A stretch of 64,000 nt of DNA from Amphiscolops sp. MND2022 (GCA_964187785.1 OZ076409.1:95172001-95236000), one strand, 5' to 3'. Positions 13,584-27,235 are shown, numbered from the stretch's first letter. The notes: generated from the letters alone by a model not told the origin. A program made the numbers and translations.

Positions 13584-14087
13584 GGTTGGGCGACAATTCG
13601 TCCCAAGCGACAATTCGTCACAAATTCCAAAAAGCGACAATTCGTCCCAAGCGTCAATTCGTCCCATTTTGAAAAGGCGACAATTCGTCCCATTTGTAAA
13701 AAGCGACAATTCGTCCCAAATTGTTCAATTGATCAGCTAATTACCAACCTTTTGAAGGTTGAAACGAAAGAAATAATCAAACCAACTACAAATGAATTCA
13801 TTCAACCACGTGACAATAATTAGAAAATGTTGCATTTTAACGTACTAGTATTGAATGTTGAAATTAATTGTTGGCACCTGCCTCTAATTGTAATCTTTCC
13901 TTATTATTCATTATTACAAAGGTCTTTACTAGCAATTAAATTGGGGACAGCTTTTAATAATTGGGACGAATTGTCGCCTTTTGAAAATGGGACGAATTGT
14001 CGCCTGGGACGAATTGACGCTTGGGACGAATTGTCGCTTTTTGGAATTTGGGACGAATTGTCGCTTGGGACGAATTGTCGCTTTACG
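13584..14087. mobile_element. Non-autonomous foldback/MULE-like element
   Basis: ~125-bp inverted arms of gcgacaattcgtccca repeats; flanks cattataat / tattataat (9 bp, 1 mismatch). Confidence 0.85.
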
Positions 14088-14129
14088 TATTATAATGTTG
14101 ACATTTTTTAATGTTGAACAATTCTTTAA

Positions 14130-14240
14130 TTTGCCATGGATTCCTGGCACTTCTAATATGGTAGAGCGTCTCTTCAGTCATGCAAAGCTGACACTTAATG
14201 ATCAAAGAAAACGAGTGTTGCCAATGCATTTCGATTAAGT
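14130..14240 (+). pseudogene. hAT transposase C-terminal dimerization-domain remnant
   Basis: IPGTSNMVERLFSHAKLTLNDQRKRVLPMHFD matches the hATC pattern P.TS...ER.FS.......R..L. Confidence 0.65.
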
Positions 14241-14283
14241 CTTCCTATTTACTAACACGTTATTGGAACATAAAAATGTTGAT

Positions 14284-14753
14284 CAGGGGCTGTCAAAAAT
14301 TAAGTTTTCCACCACAATCAATTATAGGGTTAACCAATCAATTAATTGTAATTGCTAGTTTGTAACAATCAACTATTGCAATTAATTGAATTTAATTGGT
14401 GCATTTTGTCACGAGTTCTTGATCCCAGAACTTCTCATTTATCTTAAGAAAAATAAAAAGTGAACGTTTAGACTGATTTAAAAGATCGTATCGAATAAAA
14501 AACTTGCAGTGAATTCGTCAAATTTATCGGCTGCAATCGATGTTACGTAATTTCCTGTTCGTAGGAATGGTAATTTCATCTCTGTAAAAGAGCTCAATGG
14601 CGTCGCAGTACATAGCTATTGCAGCACCAATTAATTGGCAATCAATTGGTAATCTGAAATCAATTAATGGTAATTGTGAAATGGCTGAAATCGATTAATT
14701 GATTGCAATTAATTGCAATGTAATTGGAAGCATTTAATTTTTGACAGCCCCTG
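14284..14753. mobile_element. hAT-type MITE
   Basis: TIRs caggggctgtcaaaaattaa / ttaatttttgacagcccctg; 8-bp TSD atgttgat (14276-14283, 14754-14761). Confidence 0.92.
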
Positions 14754-15533
14754 ATGTTGATAACTCTGAATTATTTCGAAGCCAACCTGAATTATTCAGT
14801 ATCACAAGAATTGTACTGAAAAAAAGTAGAAAGTTTGAGGTTACAATAATATTCCTGCTACAGCAGAAATATTAATAATAACAGAATTGATCGGGCTTCA
14901 AATATACTACCCATTTTCTTATACTTACGAAGTGGATGTATTTTGCGGGCATCGTTCACTTATGGGGAGAACAAAGACGAGTTAAGAGACATGGCACCTT
15001 GATTCGAACTTGAATGGCCGGTCGATAGAAATTGCTGAAGGTCTTTCACCTTTTTGAGGCACTATCACGGTCAAGGTTTTTTTCATCGCCCTTCATTAGT
15101 ATGTTGAACTAGACAAGTGACGTAGTTTTATGTCAGTGTCAAAATGACGATTGATTGATTGCAAAAACTGTGGCATCAGTCACCAATAAAAAAATTTGGT
15201 ATAGCATCATTTCAAAAGCACCCGCCCAGTAGATCGACATTCCGAAAGAAATTGGGCGGAGAAACAATCACAGTATCGTTCAATAAAAGTACTTGCAGAT
15301 TCGAACAAATATCATTAGTTCAGCGGTCATTTCATATCGAAGTTTCAATCATACACGTTTTACCTAATTGAATAATTTCTCTCAACATTAAAAAATTCTC
15401 GCACGACACCTCACAATGACTATGTCGAAGTAAGAATCTAACTAAATCTAGGAGAAAAGAGAAACAGAGTGTAACATTTTATACAGACTATACATATTAA
15501 TGGATCAATTGAAAGAGCAGAGAACGAGTGATG

Positions 15534-15618
15534 GACCTTGGGAGCGGTTGGCTTCAGGTTGAGCAGACCCAGCGAGGGGTTTTCCAGTCAACCGTCATAA
15601 GGCTGCTCTTCAGGGTCA
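15534..15618 (-). promoter_or_regulatory. SECIS element (type II) of the selenoprotein M gene
   Basis: Minus strand reads gaccctgaagagcagcctt-ATGA-cggttgactgg-AAAA-ccc-ctcgct-ggg-tctgctcaacc-TGAA-gccaaccgctcccaaggtc. This gives an AUGA/GA core, ggttga/tcaacc stem, apical AAA with a ccc/ggg ministem and a gagc/gctc lower helix. It lies downstream of a UGA-containing CDS. Confidence 0.9.
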
Positions 15619-16563
15619 CTGCGAGCCCACTTCAAACAAGAGACCTTTAGAATGAACGAACGAACGAACACACAAATCAAATTATATAATCAACTGAATG
15701 GGACCCAAAGGAAAAATTCTACCAAACTGGAGGAATAGGCAGGTTTTCAAAATTCAATCGGAATCATGTTCGCCTTTGGGTCTGATTAGAACATAAGATG
15801 TAATCAAAAACATAGCACCTTTGTAAAACCGAATTCATTAATAGGGTCAGCTAGAAGAAATGAAGTGGAACGTTTACCCGAATATTTCAAAGAAAATCAG
15901 AACCTCGGAGGATAATTTTGACTACATTGGTCCAAAAACCCAGACTATGAAAAATCAGGAAAAATGAATAGTCCAACGTTTACGCATTGTCTAAACTTCA
16001 GAGCTAACAACAACTAGAGCCAGCAAAAAGTCACGCGCGAACATGCCCAAAAATAACAGACTTATTCGCGCTGTTTTGAATCGAAAATCACGCACTAATA
16101 ATCGAAGCAACGACTGAATTCAATTCAATTTTCATGTACAAAAACAACAGGTTTGATAATTTTGGACAACAGTTGTTTGAACATTTTTGGGTCCAAACTT
16201 TGGCGGTCTGAAGTGACAATATTTGAAAAAGTAGAAGTTACTTCAAAAAAAACTATCATTCTGCCAATTCCTAGTTCCGTTGTAAAATCACATAATGTCA
16301 CGGAGCATTCTAATTGGCTAGAAAATCACGCTAATTCACGCGCGTGTTTTTATGCTGACCCAACAACTTGGGGCATCAGGGCGCTTTTTCGTAACTAATT
16401 ATTCGGTGTTCCACTACATTCAACTAAGCTTATAGATATATTGGCATCATATCGGCACATCATTTTGCAAAAAGAACCCTCACAATGAAATCATGAAATT
16501 TACACCCAGTCACTGTGACTCACATTCGAGATACTTGAGACGGCAGCAGCAGTTTTGTCGACC

Positions 16564-19500
16564 TTACAATTCATTTCTATCTTCGTCGTCCGAGTCCTCC
16601 GCATCCGAGTCGGGCGCAGGGGGTTCCGCGGTAGTACTGGGCGAAGCCTCTTGCGCCTGTTGCTCCTCGTCTTCCGGTTTGGCCGGCTCAGAGACGGTGC
16701 CTGGCTTGCCGAACACGTAGTAGGGACCCCTTCGCTTGCCGGCAGGAACAGCATCGTCCATGTCTTCCTTCTTGAAGAAGCCTCGACTCAAGAAGATGTC
16801 GTCCAACTGCTCGAATTTGAATTTGGTCAAGTCGACAGTCTGTTAACAACAAGACGCGCGCTATGCACCGGGATGTTTTCCGCCTTCAATTGGCTAACAA
16901 TAGACGCCTAATCAAAAAGTTGTCACATCTCTGGTAAAGAACAATATAGTTCGGATATATCGTCAAAAATTCGGAGATAGCGCAATATTTTCGTACTTCC
17001 GCTTCATCCTTAGTGAAATAGGCCCCTGCGGGGCACAGTATTATTTCTGCTTTTAGGCTTTCATGATCCTGGCGTAAAATATAACTACTAAGCGTAGACG
17101 AATATCGCATTCGCATTTGAACGCAGGCGAAGCTCTCGGCGAACGAATAATCAACACTCGTTCGCTTCATCTCAATGAATTCGGCGTACGAATGCATAAT
17201 TACCACTCGCTCGTTTCATCGCACGAGAATTGAAATGTCGTCGACAGCTTGAAAAATTTAATTATCACGCTTACCACTCACTGCCGAATAAATTATCTGA
17301 ATTTTTCAGTAGGTACTCAGAATCAGACGAAAATTGAACTGAAAAAAGTTGAGCCGTCGCAGAAATAATAAAAATGCAATTTACCTCGTATATAACGTTA
17401 ACACAGAGGCGAAGCGGTGCTTCGCAACACATGACGAAGACATCGATTATTTTAATATGCGTATATATTATTTCAATCGCATGCGTATATATTCAACAGT
17501 TCAACTTCGTTCAATAACGTCCCTATGGCACAGTGGTCAACACTTATGCCGTGCAATCGGGAGGCTGCAGGTTGGAATCTCACTGGGGTTTTGGCTTTTT
17601 TCTAAAAGGCGCTCATTGTGAAGTTGACTATAGTGGAAAAAAACTTACTTAGCTGGACTGCAATGCACATTGACTTCGTCATGTGCAAAAAGATAGATAA
17701 AGCGAGCTGGGATAAATGGCAGCTCTTTTCCTAAGCACCACAATATTAATTGAAAAGTAGAGATTTGACAAAATTTGTAAAAAAAACGCAACACAGATTA
17801 TGATTTTCGTCCACCATATACAAATAAATTTGTGGGGGCGGAAAATAATAAAGACGACAAATCATGCAACTCCTCGTCCTAATTAAGACAGACGAATTAA
17901 TTTGTAAATAATTGTTATCAACTGTATTTGTGGGACTGTTGTTGACACTGCAGAGCATTCACAACCACCCATCCTTCAAATTGCGCTCGGGCTTCTTCCA
18001 AATAACGAGAAAAGAGACTAAAGCGAAAATAAAAATGGAAAAGGGCAGAAGAAAAAATAAAAGCTGATTTAAACTGAGACAGTTGAAAATGTTAACGTGA
18101 ACAACATTTCAAGTTGTAGGCATTGTATAAGTTTTCAAAGCAAACAGTTTTCGCCAAAAGGCAAATTATACCAGTAAATTTTTTCAGCAAAAACTGAACA
18201 GGGGGCCATTCAAAGGTCAAATCACAGTAATTGATTTTCGAACACATAGCAAAAACTGAACAGGAGGCCATTCAAAGGTCAAATCACAGTAAGTGATTTT
18301 CGAACACATAGCAAAAACTGAACAGGAGGCCATTCAAAGGTCAAATCACAGTAAGTGATTTTCGAACACATAGCAAAAACTGAACAGGAGGCCATTCAAA
18401 GGTCAAATCACAGTAAGTGATTTTCGAACACATAGCAAAAACTGAACAGGAGGCCATTCAAAGGTCAAATCACAGTAAGTGATTTTCGAACACATAGCAA
18501 AAACTGAACAGGAGGCCATTCAAAGGTCAAATCACAGTAAGTGATTTTCGAACACCTAGCAAAAACTGAACAGGAGGCCATTCAAAGGTCAAATCACAGT
18601 AAGTGATTTTCGAACACCTAGCAAAAACTGAACAGGAGGCCATTCAAAGGTCAAATCACAGTAAGTGATTTTCGAACACATAGCAAAAACTGAACAGGAG
18701 GCCATTCAAAGGTCAAATCACAGTAAGTGATTTTCGAACACATAGCAAAAACTGAACAGGAGGCCATTCAAAGGTCAAATCACAGTAAGTGATTTTCGAA
18801 CACATAGCAAAAACTGAACAGGAGGCCATTCAAAGGTCAAATCACAGTAAGTGATTTTCGAACACATAGCAAAAACTGAACAGGAGGCCATTCAAAGGTC
18901 AAATCACAGTAAGTGATTTTCGAACACATAGCAAAAACTGAACAGGAGGCCATTCAAAGGTCAAATCACAGTAAGTGATTTTCGAACACATAGCAAAAAC
19001 TGAACAGGAGGCCATTCAAAGGTCAAATCACAGTAAGTGATTTTCGAACACATAGCAAAAACTGAACAGGAGGCCATTCAAAGGTCAAATCACAGTAAGT
19101 GATTTTCGAACACATAGCAAAAACTGAACAGGAGGCCATTCAAAGGTCAAATCACAGTAAGTGATTTTCGAACACATAGCAAAAACTGAACAGGAGGCCA
19201 TTCAAAGGTCAAATCACAGTAAGTGATTTTCGAACACATAGCAAAAACTGAACAGGAGGCCATTCAAAGGTCAAATCACAGTAAGTGATTTTCGAACACA
19301 GCAAAAACTGAACAGGAGGCCATTCAAAGGTCAAATCACAGTAAGTGATTTTCGAACACATAGCAAAAACTGAACAGGAGGCCATTCAAAGGTCAAATCA
19401 CAGTAAGTGATTTTCGAAAACATAGCAAAAACTGAACAGGAGGCCATTCAAAGGTCAAATCACAGTAAGTGATTTTCGAACACATAGCAAAAACTGAACA

Positions 19501-22500
19501 GGAGGCCATTCAAAGGTCAAATCACAGTAAGTGATTTTCGAACACATAGCAAAAACTGAACAGGAGGCCATTCAAAGGTCAAATCACAGTAAGTGATTTT
19601 CGAACACATAGCAAAAACTGAACAGGAGGCCATTCAAAGGTCAAATCACAGTAAGTGATTTTCGAACACATAGCAAAAACTGAACAGGAGGCCATTCAAA
19701 GGTCAAATCACAGTAAGTGATTTTCGAACACATAGCAAAAACTGAACAGGAGGCCATTCAAAGTTCAAATCACAGTAAGTGATTTTCGAACACATAGCAA
19801 AAACTGAACAGGAGGCCATTCAAAGGTCAAATCACAGTAAGTGATTTTCGAACACATAGCAAAAACTGAACAGGAGGCCATTCAAAGGTCAAATCACAGT
19901 AAGTGATTTTCGAACACAGCAAAAACTGAACAGGAGGCCATTCAAAGGTCAAATCACAGTAAGTGATTTTCGAACACATAGCAAAAACTGAACAGGAGGC
20001 CATTCAAAGGTCAAATCACAGTAAGTGATTTCCGAACACATAGCAAAAACTGAACAGGAGGCCATTCAAAGGTCAAATCACAGTAAGTGATTTTCGAACA
20101 CATAGCAAAAACTGAACAGGAGGCCATTCAAAGGTCAAATCACAGTAAGTGATTTTCGAACACATAGCAAAAACTGAACAGGAGGCCATTCAAAGGTCAA
20201 ATCACAGTAAGTGATTTTCGAACACATAGCAAAAACTGAACAGGAGGCCATTCAAAGGTCAAATCACAGTAAGTGATTTTCGAACACATAGCAAAAACTG
20301 AACAGGAGGCCATTCAAAGGTCAAATCACAGTAAGTGATTTTCGAACACATAGAAAAAACTGAACAGGAGGCCATTCAAAGGTCAAATCACAGTAAGTGA
20401 TTTTCGAACACATAGCAAAAACTGAACAGGAGGCCATTCAAAGGTCAAATCACAGTAAGTGATTTTCGAACACATAGCAAAAACTGAACAGGAGGCCATT
20501 CAAAGGTCAAATCACAGTAAGTGATTTTCGAACACATAGCAAAAACTGAACAGGAGGCCATTCAAAGGTCAAATCACAGTAAGTGATTTTCGAACACATA
20601 GCAAAAACTGAACAGGAGGCCATTCAAAGGTCAAATCACAGTAAGTGATTTTCGAACACATAGCAAAAACTGAACAGGAGGCCATTCAAAGGTCAAATCA
20701 CAGTAAGTGATTTTCGAACACATAGCAAAAACTGAACAGGAGGCCATTCAAAGGTCAAATCACAGTAAGTGATTTTCGAACACATAGCAAAAACTGAACA
20801 GGAGGCCATTCAAAGGTCAAATCACAGTAAGTGATTTTCGAACACATAGCAAAAACTGAACAGGAGGCCATTCAAAGGTCAAATCACAGTAAGTGATTTT
20901 CGAACACATAGCAAAAACTGAACAGGAGGCCATTCAAAGGTCAAATCACAGTAAGTGATTTTCGAACACATAACAAAAACTGAACAGGAGGCCATTCAAA
21001 GGTCAAATCACAGTAAGTGATTTTCGAACACATAGCAAAAACTGAACAGGAGGCCATTCAAAGGTCAAATCACAGTAAGTGATTTTCGAACACATAGCAA
21101 AAACTGAACAGGAGGCCATTCAAAGGTCAAATCACAGTAAGTGATTTTCGAACACATAGCAAAAACTGAACAGGCCATTCAAAGGTCAAATCACAGTAAG
21201 TGATTTTCGAACACATAGCAAAAACTGAACAGGAGGCCATTCAAAGGTCAAATCACAGTAAGTGATTTTCGAACACATAGCAAAAACTGAACAGGAGGCC
21301 ATTCAAAGGTCAAATCACAGTAAGTGATTTTCGAACACATAGCAAAAACTGAACAGGAGGCCATTCAAAGGTCAAATCACAGTAAGTGATTTTCGAACAT
21401 ATAGCAAAAACTGAACAGGAGGCCATTCAAAGGTCAAATCACAGTAAGTGATTTTCGAACACATAGCAAAAACTGAACAGGAGGCCATTCAAAGTTCAAA
21501 TCACAGTAAGTGATTTTCGAACACATAGCAAAAACTGAACAGGAGGCCATTCAAAGGTCAAATCACAGTAAGTGATTTTCGAACACATAGCAAAAACTGA
21601 ACAGGAGGCCATTCAAAGGTCAAATCACAGTAAGTGATTTTCGAACACATAGCAAAAACTGAACAGGAGGCCATTCAAAGCTCAAATCACAGTAAGTGAT
21701 TTTCGAACACATAGCAAAAACTGAACAGGAGGCCATTCAAAGGTCAAATCACAGTAAGTGATTTTCGAACACATAGCAAAAACTGAACAGGAGGCCATTC
21801 AAAGGTCAAATCACAGTAAGTGATTTTCGAACACATAGCAAAAACTGAACAGGAGGCCATTCAAAGGTCAAATCACAGTAAGTGATTTTCGAACACATAG
21901 CAAAAACTGAACAGGAGGCCATTCAAAGTTCAAATCACAGTAAGTGATTTTCGAACACAGCAAAAACTGAACAGGAGGCCATTCAAAGGTCAAATCACAG
22001 TAAGTGATTTTCGAACACATAGCAAAAACTGAACAGGAGGCCATTCAAAGGTCAAATCACAGTAAGTGATTTTCGAACACATAGCAAAAACTGAACAGGA
22101 GGCCATTCAAAGGTCAAATCACAGTAAGTGATTTTCGAACACATAGCAAAAACTGAACAGGAGGCCATTCAAAGGTCAAATCACAGTAAGTGATTTTCGA
22201 ACACATAGCAAAAACTGAACAGGAGGCCATTCAAAGGTCAAATCACAGTAAGTGATTTTCGAACACATAGCAAAAACTGAACAGGAGGCCATTCAAAGGT
22301 CAAATCACAGTAAGTGATTTTCGAACACATAGCAAAAACTGAACAGGAGGCCATTCAAAGGTCAAATCACAGTAAGTGATTTTCGAACACATAGCAAAAA
22401 CTGAACAGGAGGCCATTCAAAGGTCAAATCACAGTAAGTGATTTTCGAACACATAGCAAAAACTGAACAGGAGGCCATACAAAGGTCAAATCACAGTAAG

Positions 22501-24188
22501 TGATTTTCGAACACATAGCAAAAACTGAACAGGAGGCCATTCAAAGGTCAAAGGTCAAAGATACAGTAAGTGATTTTTGAACACATTTTTAATGATTTTA
22601 ATAAAGATACGAAAACATTGAAAAGGTCCAGATATGGCGACTGACAATCTCAAAGTATCCAAGATCCTCGCTATCGGTTACTGTGAGATTCCGATCATTG
22701 ATAAAAGTAATCATTCCAGATTCCTGTAAAACCCTCAATTTTATACTATGGACCTATTGTTTGACATTTGTTGGGACTTTAATCTTTAAGAGTAGATGAT
22801 CTAAACTTCGGAAAGAAGTGCTTTTGGAAACACAAAGGGGAACAGTCACTAACCTCTACCATCTCATTGTACTCGTTGAGAAACAATGCATCAGGGTTAG
22901 CACCACCAATCCAACGTACCTCAACATTGTGGCTGAAATAGTCAAACATTTAGCAGAAGACACGAACAGTCGAAACTCGAGAAAACCGAACCTAAAGTGC
23001 GAACGAAACAAAATAGTTGATTTGTTTCAAAATTGATTATTGCAACGTTGTACACAGAATTTCCAAATACACAGATGAACTAGGGTTTTGGAATTTTTTG
23101 AAATTTATTACGCACTATCTCAACTTCATTCAAATACTATATTCATATTCAAAACTTTTTTTCTGAAGATACTGTCTTGAAAAATAGACATCCAGTTGTA
23201 CTTCCTTCAAAACATTTTTACGGAGTGTTAAAGTCAAAAGTTAGAGATCTGAATCAAAGATACAAAATTTGTTGCATGCAAAAATATTGTTTTGAGATTT
23301 TTCTTTTTTGTCAATTGGATATGTGAAAACTTATGGCGATTTGAAATTGTGTAATATCGAAATTAAACAAACGTATGTCAAATCAGAAATAGAAAGCACT
23401 CACTATAAAGGCACCACTTGATTCAAGAACCGCTTCACATCAGGGAAGCGGTTCAATTTTCATCCACTGCAACTCTAAACACAACCAGTTTGTGATGATT
23501 TTCTCAACTGTAAATTAGAGCAGACCCTAAAACATCGACTCTCATGGATAGGCTTAGGATTTATATGTATATCCATATTCCATATGTATTTCCATATTTC
23601 GCCTTACATAAATTTATTTCCATATTGATAAAAATCCATATTTAGCTTTGATACAAGTCTGAGAAATGATGATAAGCTTTTCTGAGAAACGACACGATTA
23701 ACAATCACTAATTTCAGTATTTCTCAGAAATTAATATTGTTTCAATTTTTTACACATTCAACGCTTCTTCCGTATTTCAGTTTCCGTAATTTTCTCCGGA
23801 AATTAAAATTGGTAATTTTTGTCCATAGTTTGGCATTTTGTATCCATATTTCGCTGTTTTGTTCTCCATATTTTATTGCATATTTCTGCTTATTTATTTC
23901 CAGATAAAGCCTAAGCCTACTCGTGGACTTAGTGTTCTGAAGATAGTGAAATAAAACTGCACATTGAAGGCAAGGAAACTCGAGATTTTACTATCAAACA
24001 CCCGTCATCAAAAGACATCAATTCGAAAAGTTTAGTGCTGTGCAGTAGTGATGTAAGGGGCCGATGTCTTGAAAACTCACCTCGATTCGACAAGAGTAAA
24101 CAGCGTTTTTGTCACTGGCGCTGCAGACACTCAAGAGAGCCAGAAGCAGTATGCTGGCAGAACTTGCGACTGCCAAATTCATTCTCAT
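16564..24188 (-). CDS. SELENOM: Selenoprotein M-like (Sep15/SelM family) ER redox protein, 177 aa, 4 coding exons
   Basis: Exons 24188-24081, 23474-23404, 22932-22854 and 16839-16564, all GT-AG with matching phases (0, 2, 0); 534 nt in total. Translation: signal peptide-...YSCRIE|SCSG-U(TGA 23462-23460)-KLNRFPDVKRFLNQVVPLY|HNVEVRWIGGANPDALFLNEYNEMVE|TVDLTKFKFEQLDDIFLSRGFFKK...DRNEL*. Confidence 0.93.
17016..17370 (-). mobile_element. Helentron-like element copy in SelM intron 3
   Basis: aaataggcccctgcggggcacagtattatttctgct ... gcagaaata; diverged copy of the 10801 family. Confidence 0.7.
17521..17590 (+). mobile_element. tRNA-like SINE head
   Basis: A-box-like tggcacagtgg and B-box-like ggttggaatc at tRNA spacing; stems imperfect. 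Confidence 0.45.
18186..22587. repeat. 62-bp satellite array, ~71 copies, inside SelM intron 3
   Basis: Unit agcaaaaactgaacaggaggccattcaaaggtcaaatcacagtaagtgattttcgaacacat; almost invariant, with degenerate edge units. Confidence 0.98.
23549..23919. mobile_element. hAT-type MITE in the first coding intron of SelM
   Basis: TIRs taggcttagg(a)tttat / ataaagcctaagccta; 8-bp TSD ctcatgga / ctcgtgga. Confidence 0.8.
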
Positions 24189-25848
24189 CTGAAATACAAA
24201 ACCACCCAACAATGAAAAGAGCGTTTGATTTTCTCCCATTGTGTAGTTTCAGTATTGGCAGAAATAATTTTTGCTTAGTTGACGGATATTAAGTATCACA
24301 TTGATACTCAGAAACGGTATGAAACATTCGAAAAGGTGATAGAACGCATCGTTGTCATCAAAAAAATCAACAAAACTGCCAAAAAATGTGAAAATACTAG
24401 GGGAGTGAATAACGTCTAAGGAAAAACGTCTGAAAATTCACCAGGAATAACGTCTAAAGGAATAACATCTAAACAGAAAAGACGAATAAAGTTCAACAAT
24501 AGAGTGAATTATTAATTAGACTGGAAATTAAGTCTAAATTAAACCTTTCTCACATGACTTAAATCGTCACTATTCAAGTGCCGTTTAGGCTATCACGTAG
24601 GGGGAGATGACACACACCAGTGGTCTGCAACCAAAAGGAAACGAAATAAACGATAAAGCACTACTACTTACTATGTAACGTCAGCGGCTTCGGGCAATAA
24701 GTTCGATTTACTAAGTTCGAATTTGAACTAGTGCAATAAGTTCGAATGGAATAGTTTCGAGACACCAAGTTCGAATTTTCATATCGGGCATATCCGGTGT
24801 AAACTGGATATCTTCACACAAGATCCTGAGAGCTCCACGGCCTAGGATCTAAAGGAATCTAAAAACTGAAATGTGGGGCATATCCGGTGTATGCACGCTC
24901 ACCCTCACCGTCGCAAAGATGGGAAAATATGCGGCCCCAATAGGGCCGCGGGGCACTAGAGGAAATGGGAACATATCCGAGGGGTGCTTAATATGATGTT
25001 ATATAAATACGCTGACTACGTTATATTAATAAATTCGACAAAATCTGCCACGTATTTTCAATTAGGTGCTTTCAAGCCAATACCCGAGACACTTGGCCTA
25101 AAAAAATTAAGCCAAGTGACCAACTGTATTAAGCCAAATGACTTTGGGCCAAACAGCATTAAGCCAAGTGACCCTTTACCCATAAGCGGCCCCAAGGGGC
25201 AGCGGGGCACTAGATGAAATGGGGAAATATCAGAAGCACGTTTTATACTTAGTTCAAAATTCGAACACGGTGATTCGATCTTATTCCGGTTTTTGGAAAA
25301 TTCGAACTTGGTCCATTCGGAATTAAAATTCGAACTTATGCGTTCGAACTTATTACCGTGCCCCAAGTCAGCCACTGGCATGACGAAATTTCGATGAAAA
25401 CTTCGAACGTGCGATATCAAAATTTAGAGGGGGGAATAAGATCTAAAGAATAAGATCTAAAATCAAAAAAGGGAATAAGATCTAAAGGGAATAAGATCTA
25501 AAATTTCAGGACGGGAATAAGATCTAAAGGGAATAAGATCTAAAATCAATGCATTTTAGATCTTATTCCCCTTCTCTAAAGAATAACATCTGAAGGGAAT
25601 AAGATCTAAAATTTTAGATCTTATTCCCCTTTTGTTTGAGATTTGGGATTCTTGGGAGAATCCTGGATAGCCATCACACTATCCAGGATTCTCCCAAGAA
25701 TCCCAAATCTATCCCAAATCTCAAACAAAAGGGGAATAAGATCTAAAATTTTAGATCTTATTCCCTTCAGATGTTATTCTTTAGAGAAGGGGAATAAGAT
25801 CTAAAATGCATTGATTCTAGATCTTATTCCCTTTAGATCTTATTCCCG

Positions 25849-27196
25849 TCCAGACGGCCTTACTTCGGAAGATATGAAGAAAATGAAAGATGACGAAATT
25901 GCCGACACACTCAATGACATGCTAATCAACCAGAATAACATCCTCACGCATGGATACATATCGCCAATTTTGAAGCCGAACAAGAATCGAGTAATCCCTG
26001 AAAGCTATCGACCTGTCATCCTTCTCTCAGTCTGGCGAAAGTTACTATCATTGATTGTCCTAAGAAGAATAGACGACCAACTTGAACAGATAATCAATAG
26101 AAGCCAACACGCCTATTCAAAGAATAAATCGAGCGGGGACGTTATTCTGACGCACAAACTTCTTTTTGCCGCAAGCGTCGAAAAAGATTTTAACCCGAGT
26201 CTCGTAGGTGTTGACATGTCAAAGGCTTTCGATACTGTTCGAAGAAAACAGTTACTTGATTTATTAAACGATGCTATCAGTCCAGGCAATCTGAAAGTCA
26301 TCGAAATTCTATTAACAAATACCACCTTAGCAGTTAAAATCAATACCAACCTTGGCAATAGCTTCCCTACGACAAGGGGTGTACCACAGGGCGACTCACT
26401 ATCGCCTAAGCTTTTCAATTTTTATGTAAACTCTGCTTTAACAAGAATCGACAACATTATGAAACCGATCGATCATAATTATTCCTTCCGTCAACACCAA
26501 TTACCATTGCATATTGAATACGCTGACGACATCGATTTCATCATCACCGATGATAAGGACCCAAAACACCTTATAAATGTCGTTAAAAGTACCTTTGCTG
26601 AATATAACTTACAGGTAAACGATACCAAAACAGAATATACACACTTTGGTTATGGAAAGGATCTCACTAAAGTGAAAAAGCTAGGATTTTTGCTCTACGA
26701 CGAACGTGATATGAGCCAACGTAATATTCTCAGCTTTTGTGCTCTCAGAAAGTTTGACTTCGTTTGGAAAAACCCTTTCATAAAAATCCCCCTGAAGTTA
26801 TTCATGTATCAAACTTTTGTGAAACCCATCTTCCAATATAACAGTTCAACCTGGATTTCAAACAAACGAATAGAGAATAAACTTGATGTTTTTCAGAGAA
26901 AGCATCTTAGACATGTCCTAAACATCTTCTACCCAAAGAAAATCCACAACAAAGAGCTATACAAGATCACAAATTGCCAACCCTTCTCCGAATCTTTGAG
27001 ATTTTATCGAAAACGTCACCTTGGACACCTACTCAGGAGAGAAAGCACCTTCAAAGACGTTCTCAAATTTGTAGAGACTTTGCCCAGAAGAAAAAGAGGA
27101 CCCCGCCCTCCAACTATCCTGAAAACGTACCGAAAAGACTTTGGAACCGACAATTGGCTCAAACTCGAAGATCTGGCTTTTGCGAGGACGATATAG
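25849..27196 (+). CDS. Non-LTR reverse transcriptase (N-terminally truncated)
   Basis: YRPVILLS, DMSKAFDTV, GVPQGDSLSP, YADD and KLDVFQRKHLR motifs. The start called at 25811 lies in the host foldback element and is spurious. Confidence 0.88.
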
Positions 27197-27235
27197 CTAT
27201 CGGATAATCTCGTACTACTACTACTACTGCTACTA
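25849..27235 (+). mobile_element. 5'-truncated non-LTR retrotransposon (RTE-like) with (TAC)n tail
   Basis: Begins at a (G)PDG motif; uninterrupted RT ORF to 27196; very short 3' UTR ending in tactactactactactgctacta. Confidence 0.85.

Noticed and set aside
13309..14150. Repetitive ORFs (WDELS/RQFVP)
   Set aside because: Translations of the foldback element's repeated arms.
16886..17206. 106-aa ORF upstream of the last SelM exon
   Set aside because: Mostly overlaps a Helentron-like repeat inside the intron; not needed for the phase-consistent gene model.
18186..22587. CRISPR array
   Set aside because: Units are contiguous with no unique spacers, there are no cas genes, and the context is a eukaryotic intron.
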